From Basidiobolus meristosporus CBS 931.73 (lineage: Eukaryota; Fungi; Basidiobolomycota), in NCBI GenBank assembly GCA_002104905.1, contig MCFE01000495.1, positions 1 through 64,000 on the forward strand: 64,000 nucleotides of DNA, given 5' to 3'. Shown piece by piece: positions 58,285 through 64,000 of this stretch. Every line of letters starts with the position of its first letter. The first letter of the stretch is position 1. The position numbers and the translations under genes were made by a program. The notes beneath the pieces are model-generated. The model worked only from the letters and a program-made list of their open reading frames with translations. It did not search any database and was not told where the DNA came from.

Positions 58285-59180
58285 TCTGCTGATTCCAATA
58301 AAGATACATATGATGGATCAATCCTCTCTGGGGCTTCAATACGTGGTAAAGCATCTAGCTTCATAGCAAGCGTGTTTACATTCCAGAGCATATCAGTAGC
58401 CCAACGAAAAGTATAATGGAAAATGGTCGGATAAGCCTTACTCGGAATGCGGTAATGGTTGGCTATTTGGGGATGGGATATGGGTGTATAGATATGGGAA
58501 TCATAGATACGGGAATTGCACATGTACGGATATGGGAATCATGCACCTGTATATATGGGGATCTTGCACCTGTATACATGGCTATATAGATCCACCCTGT
58601 CTGTGGGTCAACATTCTATATTTGGCAATAAGAAGATTCACACTACCGATCATTGTTCTGGAATTCCCTTCCCCTCAAGATCATATCATACTGTGTAGGA
58701 GCACCGATTCTAGTTGGAATATGATTCAAATGAGGAGATACGGAAGAAAAGAGGCTTCTCAGCGGCCATACTTATCGATGGCATGACAACCCCTACCCTC
58801 TCCTGGTGAGTATTCAGTGCATTCTAAGTGATGTTGCGCTATTGCAAGTGATTAACCAGATGAGGTGATTTTTGCTTGAAAAGTTGTGGTTGTACTGTCT
58901 AAGGGTCCTGGTAAACAAGCTAAAGTAGTGTTCGTGGTGTTCATTAGTGTCCTTCAAATATGTGCCCGGAAACTTTGAGATATTCTGCCAGGTGGCAATG
59001 GATAAGCATGCCTTCGAACGCTAAGCAATGAATGTTTAATACATACAAGTGAAGATCCATCAGCATTGTTGGATAACAGGACTGTTTGTGTAAAATCTAG
59101 GTAGCACCAGAATCATTCACATAGTATGCAGCGATACGGCAGAGTAAACACAGTCAGGGCTACTGCACAGCATGCTACTA

Positions 59181-60912
59181 TCATAGATCCTCTAAGAATC
59201 CTGGTAGCACCAACCGAGAGTTCGATCCCTTCTGGCGTTCATAAATGGTGACAACATCTCTCGGATTGCCCAGGAAGAAATGGGCTAGGGAATATAAACG
59301 CATGGAGTTCCTCCCAATCCCCAGGAAATCCGCACGACTTTTCCAGTTTTGTCGAATCCGATTAAGATGGCCATAACCATACCTACTGAAGGACTCTGCT
59401 AGAGGCGCCATATCAGATTTATTGTCAGCAGCGAATGGGTAATCCCCATGCTGAGCAAAAAACATCAGGCAAGTCTGGTTGAAGTCATTCGCTAATACGC
59501 TCTCGATACACTCTTCGTTCTCTGCACATTGTGGATCTTCATGAAGCGCCCCGCGGTGCTCAACATCCATAGTATAGGAAATAAGGTCCTGGATGGATCC
59601 ATCTACTGAGCTAGCTACCACGCAGATATGTGGTTCGTCCACGGAGTGCACTGCCATGTCCCTTTGCGACTTACCACCTTGCTCGGTGAACAATGAATGA
59701 TCCAGCAAGTGGGCCCTAAACTGGCTTCCAATTCCAAACAGCCGAGTATACAGAGAGCAGGCGTCGTCCCGAGGTTGCGATAAGGGCTCGGCCTGCGCGG
59801 ATTCAACAGCAAAGAAGTTGACGTGGTAGCCTTCGTCGAGTGGGTTATTGAGGATGAGCAAAACACAGTGCATGCAACTTACTACCATTTCTACAGAAAC
59901 GCTGCACCACCAAGAAGACAGGGGCCTTCATTGCTATCCAACCTTCCCGGATCAATGGAAATGTTAGGAAGGTTGGGGCAGCAGTGATTCCGCGGGGTGA
60001 TTGAATAATGGTCTCCTTGAGTATTCTAGCAAGAATAAAAGTTGACGCGATTACCACACCGGATATAACCGGGACCTACCCTTCTACCGCGTCGGGCATC
60101 CGGAGCTTTGAGCACAGGTGGAAAAGAAAGCTGCAGGTTAGCTTCGACATCCAGACTTGCATACTGGAGGACTCCTTGCTCACATGGCTGGGCCCGTCGT
60201 CTGGGACCCGATATGGGGAGCTGCAAGACACATCGCCATCTCGGCTCTGGTAGTAGTCAAATGCTGACTGGTGAGACACGCGATAGACGAACTTACTGCT
60301 TTTGGGATCGTAGATACGTGTCTTGAATCGGGACAGCAAATAGGCGTAGACGAGAAATTGGGTCACCTGGAGTGGATTCCCAACGTCCCATATGGGCAGT
60401 TGCTGGTCCTTGAGGAGAGCTTCCCCTTCAGCAAACGGGTCGTCAACCAATTGAGCTGGGCCGTGGCTGGTTTGTATGTCGTGAGTGAACCATATGTCAA
60501 GGCCGGTTTTGGCATAGAAGGAATTGTACGTCTCATGACGCGGACTGAGTCCATTGGTCTTTGCGGGGCTAACGTTGCTGTTGGTTAGGCATTGATGAAT
60601 GTGAAGAGCACGGTCTATCACGCTGCCTAAGACCCCTTTCACTACTCCAAACTCGAAGGTAAGCTGGCTCTTGTACGCTTGAAGAATTTCCAGGAACATC
60701 AGTGGCCGTATCTAACAGGCACTGTCCCCACAATGGGCATCAAATTGATGGTGTCCATTGGGTGTGCCTGAGGTGACCAAGCTCTCAAATAAGCACATTG
60801 CCTGGAGAGTATCTCTTGCCCCTCGGACCAAGAAACTCAAATGGCGTGGATAGTACCTACGAAGCAACAAACGCTCCCGCTTTTGGTGGCTGCTAAACAA
60901 TAGGGTAGCCAT
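59181..60912 (-). CDS. Uncharacterised multi-exon gene; 5' structure unresolved
   Basis: Long last exon (59181 to about 59830). Canonical introns at 60131-60183 (GTGAGC...GCTAACCTGCAG), 60026-60079 and near 59830-59880 link in frame (FLFHLCSKLRMPDAVEG-ILKETIIQ...RNGS-YHVNFF). TATA near 60942. Confidence 0.55.
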
Positions 60913-62109
60913 CACTGTTTCAAGCCCTGTGAATTCGCTTTTATATGCTCACCTTACGGAGCTCGTCACTACATATCAGCGTGTAGTAGTGTATGAATCA
61001 TCACTGCATATCAACATGCAACAGTGGATGAATCCAGTTGTTTACATGGAATAGCTGTGGTGATGATCTATATTACCGCATCTTTATCTGTGTGCGTTGT
61101 CAATCTTCTTACATTCTCCACCAATGCGTGTGATATATATATATATATTACCCCCCCAGTGTCTCACATTCACCACATAAATATTATTTCCTTCACACGG
61201 TGGAGATGAATGAAGCATAGTTAAGTAATGGGCCTTGGAGTCTTGAGTGTGTTGTGTGAGTTGCTCTATCTGGCAGTATCAAGGTTATTCTCTAACAAGA
61301 CTGGGGGCTGGTGTGGTGGTTGGATGGCCTCCACCTGATATGGGGTTCTGATGCTGGTAGTGTCTGCAATAGAGCCTATTTGTAAACTCCGGTAATCTGA
61401 TGAAGTAGGGAAGAAACCCACAGGCACCCAGAAGGTATTCCCCATGAAAAATAATGTGACTGTCCTGTCAAATGGCTGACACAATACTGAGATCTCTTGA
61501 CTCAGTGGTATCAGTGTCATCAGGACATTGTATAAAAGCCATTGGAAAGCAATTGTACCCTTGAAACACAATAAGTTTCATCAAGCTTTTTCACTCTAAA
61601 GATCATTCAGTTACTTTTGATTGGCTCTATGCCTTAAGGGGGGGAGGAAAGCTACTAGTATGATAAATCAATTATTCTAGCAGTATATATAATATTACTA
61701 AGACTAAACTAAACAAAAGCCACTTATATATTGCTGTGATGAAGTATATTGATCAATTTTTTTGTGAAATATGGGGTGCAATTATTTTTTTATGGTCTTT
61801 GCACAGTGTCTTGATGGGATCAATACCTCTTAATCAAGGGATTTTAATTTAAAATGGTCTTTTGATGGGATCATCATAATTTCTTCTCATGAAGTATTAT
61901 CAAAAAGTCAGCTTTGAATATTGAATCTTCAAAGTAAACAGCCTAACTGAAACTTTGCTACTTGGGTGATAGTACCCTGTGTGATATTAAGCTCTTCTTG
62001 ATAGAAGAGAAAAATTGCAAGGTTTTGAGGGAATGAAAAATTGTTAGTGATGCTTTTCTGTGAATCAATGTAATGTTACAGGATTTCTGGAGGCTTTGCA
62101 AGTAATTAG

Positions 62110-62500
62110 GAGAACAAGTGGATCTTATGATCTCACTTGTGGACAGATTGAATGTGAAAGTAATAATGAAACTTTTTTATGCATTGGGAATAAATATGTA
62201 AAAAATAGTCAGAAAGATCCTACTAGCATGGGTGCAATGTTTGGGGCTGTTTGGGCATCTTTGAGATTTCCTGAGAATAAAATGCTGTGGTAATAGTTGA
62301 AGCAGCTCTCAACCAGTGACATATTTGATTTCTCCAGGATCTGTAAACTGTGTTCTTAGTGACCACATTAAGCAGGTACTTGGATGCTATTAAAATATTT
62401 ACAACACTCCCATATGACAATACTCACTGAATTGGGTCAGCTTTTATCTAAGGTGCTTAAGTCTTTGTCTAGCTAATGGTTTGGTGAATACATCTGCAAA
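62110..62500 (-). mobile_element. Old copia LTR and RNase H remnant
   Basis: TTTGGGGCTGTTTGGGCA core; TTTACAACA-CTCCCA boundary near 62406. Confidence 0.55.
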
Positions 62501-62597
62501 TACCAAATGAGAATAATAATGCTGATCTGATCAAAAGGCTGTCCCAAAGCTTAAATCCTGAGACCAAGAGGTATAGATGCAGTCAGCACACTGTGAA

Positions 62598-62658
62598 TGT
62601 TGTAAGAGTCTTGGAGATATTGGAAGTGATTGGGAGAACAAGTAGACTATGTGGTTTT
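62598..62658 (-). repeat. Terminal 61 bp of an antisense copia LTR, interrupted by the young element
   Basis: TGTTGTAAGAGTCTTGG...GTGGTTTT directly abuts TGTTGTAAAA at 62659. Confidence 0.85.
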
Positions 62659-64000
62659 TGTTGTAAAAATTCGTATTTTCCACCTAAATATTCACCTAAC
62701 TTAGTCACTTAGATCATCATCTTCAAATCCTAGAGAATACTGACCAAATTCCTTGTCGGGATTTACTTAGAATATTTTCACCAAAATACCAGGTACCCAG
62801 AACATGAAAATTCTCAAAGTTGTCCAAACAGCCCCAAACTTTGCACACATGTTCTTGGGACCTTCCTTAACCTATTCTACGTGTTTGTAATGCCAAGACC
62901 ATGTAAAAGTATAAATACTACTTTTACATTCAATAAATCATTAAGTGAAAACCACATAATCTACTTGTTCTCCCAATCACTTCCAATATCTCCAAGACTC
63001 TTACAACAGGTTATGAGCCCCGAGCTGTCACTCTCTGCAATGTCTACTACTGCTATTACTGGAATTTTTCCCTCTGCTGAAAAGTTGGATGGATCTAACT
63101 ACCAAGTGTGGAAGGTGAAGATGAAGATGCTGCTGCAAGAAAGAGGCCTTTGGGATATTGTCATGGGAGAAGAATGCCCTCCTAAAAACGTGGGAGAGGA
63201 AGCCTTAAAGTACCAGAAGAAAGAACAAAGTGCCTTTAACTGCATTTGCCTTAATGTCAAGGACAAATTGCTAATTCAATGCTCAAGAGCAAAAACGGCA
63301 AAGAATGCCTGGAAAGCATTAGAAGACACCTACCAGTCATGTTCAGCTGCCAAGAAAATGTATCTGAGAAGAAAATTCTTTACTACAAAGATGCTGCCAG
63401 GAGAAGAAATGAAAAATCTAATTAACAGAATTACCCTGCTGGTAGATGAGATGGAATCTGTGGGCGTACCAACTACTGATGAGGATGTGATAGTTACCAT
63501 CCTGAATAGCCTGACAGACGAGTTTCAGAGCCTTGTATCAGCCCTAGAGTCCAGAACTGAAGATTTGACCTTAAATTACGTATATGGAAGGCTCCTGGAT
63601 GAAGAATTAAGAAAATCAAGCACCAATAAGAAGGAAGAAGAAAATGCTTTAATAAGCAATGATAACCAACAAAGGAGGTACCCAAGACCCTACAAAGGCA
63701 ACAGCAACCTATTTTGCAACTACTGCAAAAGGAAAGGACACACATCAGACCGGTGTTTCAAAAAGAGAGATTATCAGCAAAAGAAGCCTGAATATGGAAA
63801 TGCTGTAACAACTGAAGATAGACTATTCATATCTGCACTAAATATGACCACAAACAAGGATTCTCAGACGTGGTATATTGACTCTGGAGCTTCTCAGCAC
63901 TTTACACACCAAAAAGAACTTTTTACCCAATATCAAGAAATTCCAATCAAGAAGGTTTTCATGGGTGACGATAGAACACTTGATGCAGTGGGAGAAGGAA
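62659..64000 (+). mobile_element. Young Ty1/copia element (5' LTR 62659-63008, PBS 63009-63020), continuing beyond the window
   Basis: 350-bp LTR with perfect TGTTGTAA/TTACAACA ends. Retains CpGs that are lost in the other copies. Confidence 0.95.
63040..64000 (+). CDS. Copia gag-pol polyprotein, N-terminal 320 codons, open to the window end
   Basis: Hand translation finds no stop from MSTTAITGIFPSAEKLDGSNYQVW through CNYCKRKGHTSDRC and WYIDSGASQH to MGDDRTLDAVGEG. Absent from the ORF track, presumably because no stop is reached. Confidence 0.93.
   Translation, partial: MSTTAITGIFPSAEKLDGSNYQVWKVKMKMLLQERGLWDIVMGEECPPKNVGEEALKYQKKEQSAFNCICLNVKDKLLIQCSRAKTAKNAWKALEDTYQSCSAAKKMYLRRKFFTTKMLPGEEMKNLINRITLLVDEMESVGVPTTDEDVIVTILNSLTDEFQSLVSALESRTEDLTLNYVYGRLLDEELRKSSTNKKEEENALISNDNQQRRYPRPYKGNSNLFCNYCKRKGHTSDRCFKKRDYQQKKPEYGNAVTTEDRLFISALNMTTNKDSQTWYIDSGASQHFTHQKELFTQYQEIPIKKVFMGDDRTLDAVGEG

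Noticed and set aside
58490-58585. Short degenerate GATATGGGAATCAT / GCACCTGTATA repeats, and the (GGATGCGGAT)n run near 51900
   Set aside because: Ordinary minisatellite-type slippage with no further structure visible.

Overview
Eukaryotic, almost certainly fungal DNA: short GT-AG introns with CTAAC-type branch points, plus YOS1 and AUR1 orthologues. An early-diverging lineage such as Entomophthorales is my inference, not shown by the sequence. There are three compartments. (1) 1-40.3 kb is a CpG-depleted graveyard of nested LTR retrotransposons: Ty3/gypsy remnants at 0.2-13.3 kb and at least five copies of one Ty1/copia family at 14.5-40.2 kb. It also holds solo LTRs with TSDs, a MITE, two CpG-eroded tRNA pseudogenes and one apparently intact secreted Cys-rich ORF. 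(2) About 40.5-61.1 kb is a CpG-normal gene island: tRNA-Arg(CCG), YOS1, AUR1, a GT61 glycosyltransferase, four paralogous secreted Gly/Asp/Tyr/Lys repeat-protein genes, a Kre9/Knh1-like secreted protein, an alpha/beta-hydrolase pseudogene, a CBA1/BtuF-like secreted binding protein, a DUF3472-like secreted protein and two unknown genes. (3) 61.2-64 kb is repeats again, ending in a young copia copy whose ORF is still open at the window edge. The most striking structure is the repeat-protein array at 47.8-51.8 kb, arranged <- -> -> <-. Both of its palindromic junctions and its tandem junction pivot on the same 100-bp segment, which is bounded by a short imperfect inverted repeat. All family assignments come from motif recognition by eye; no database search was run.
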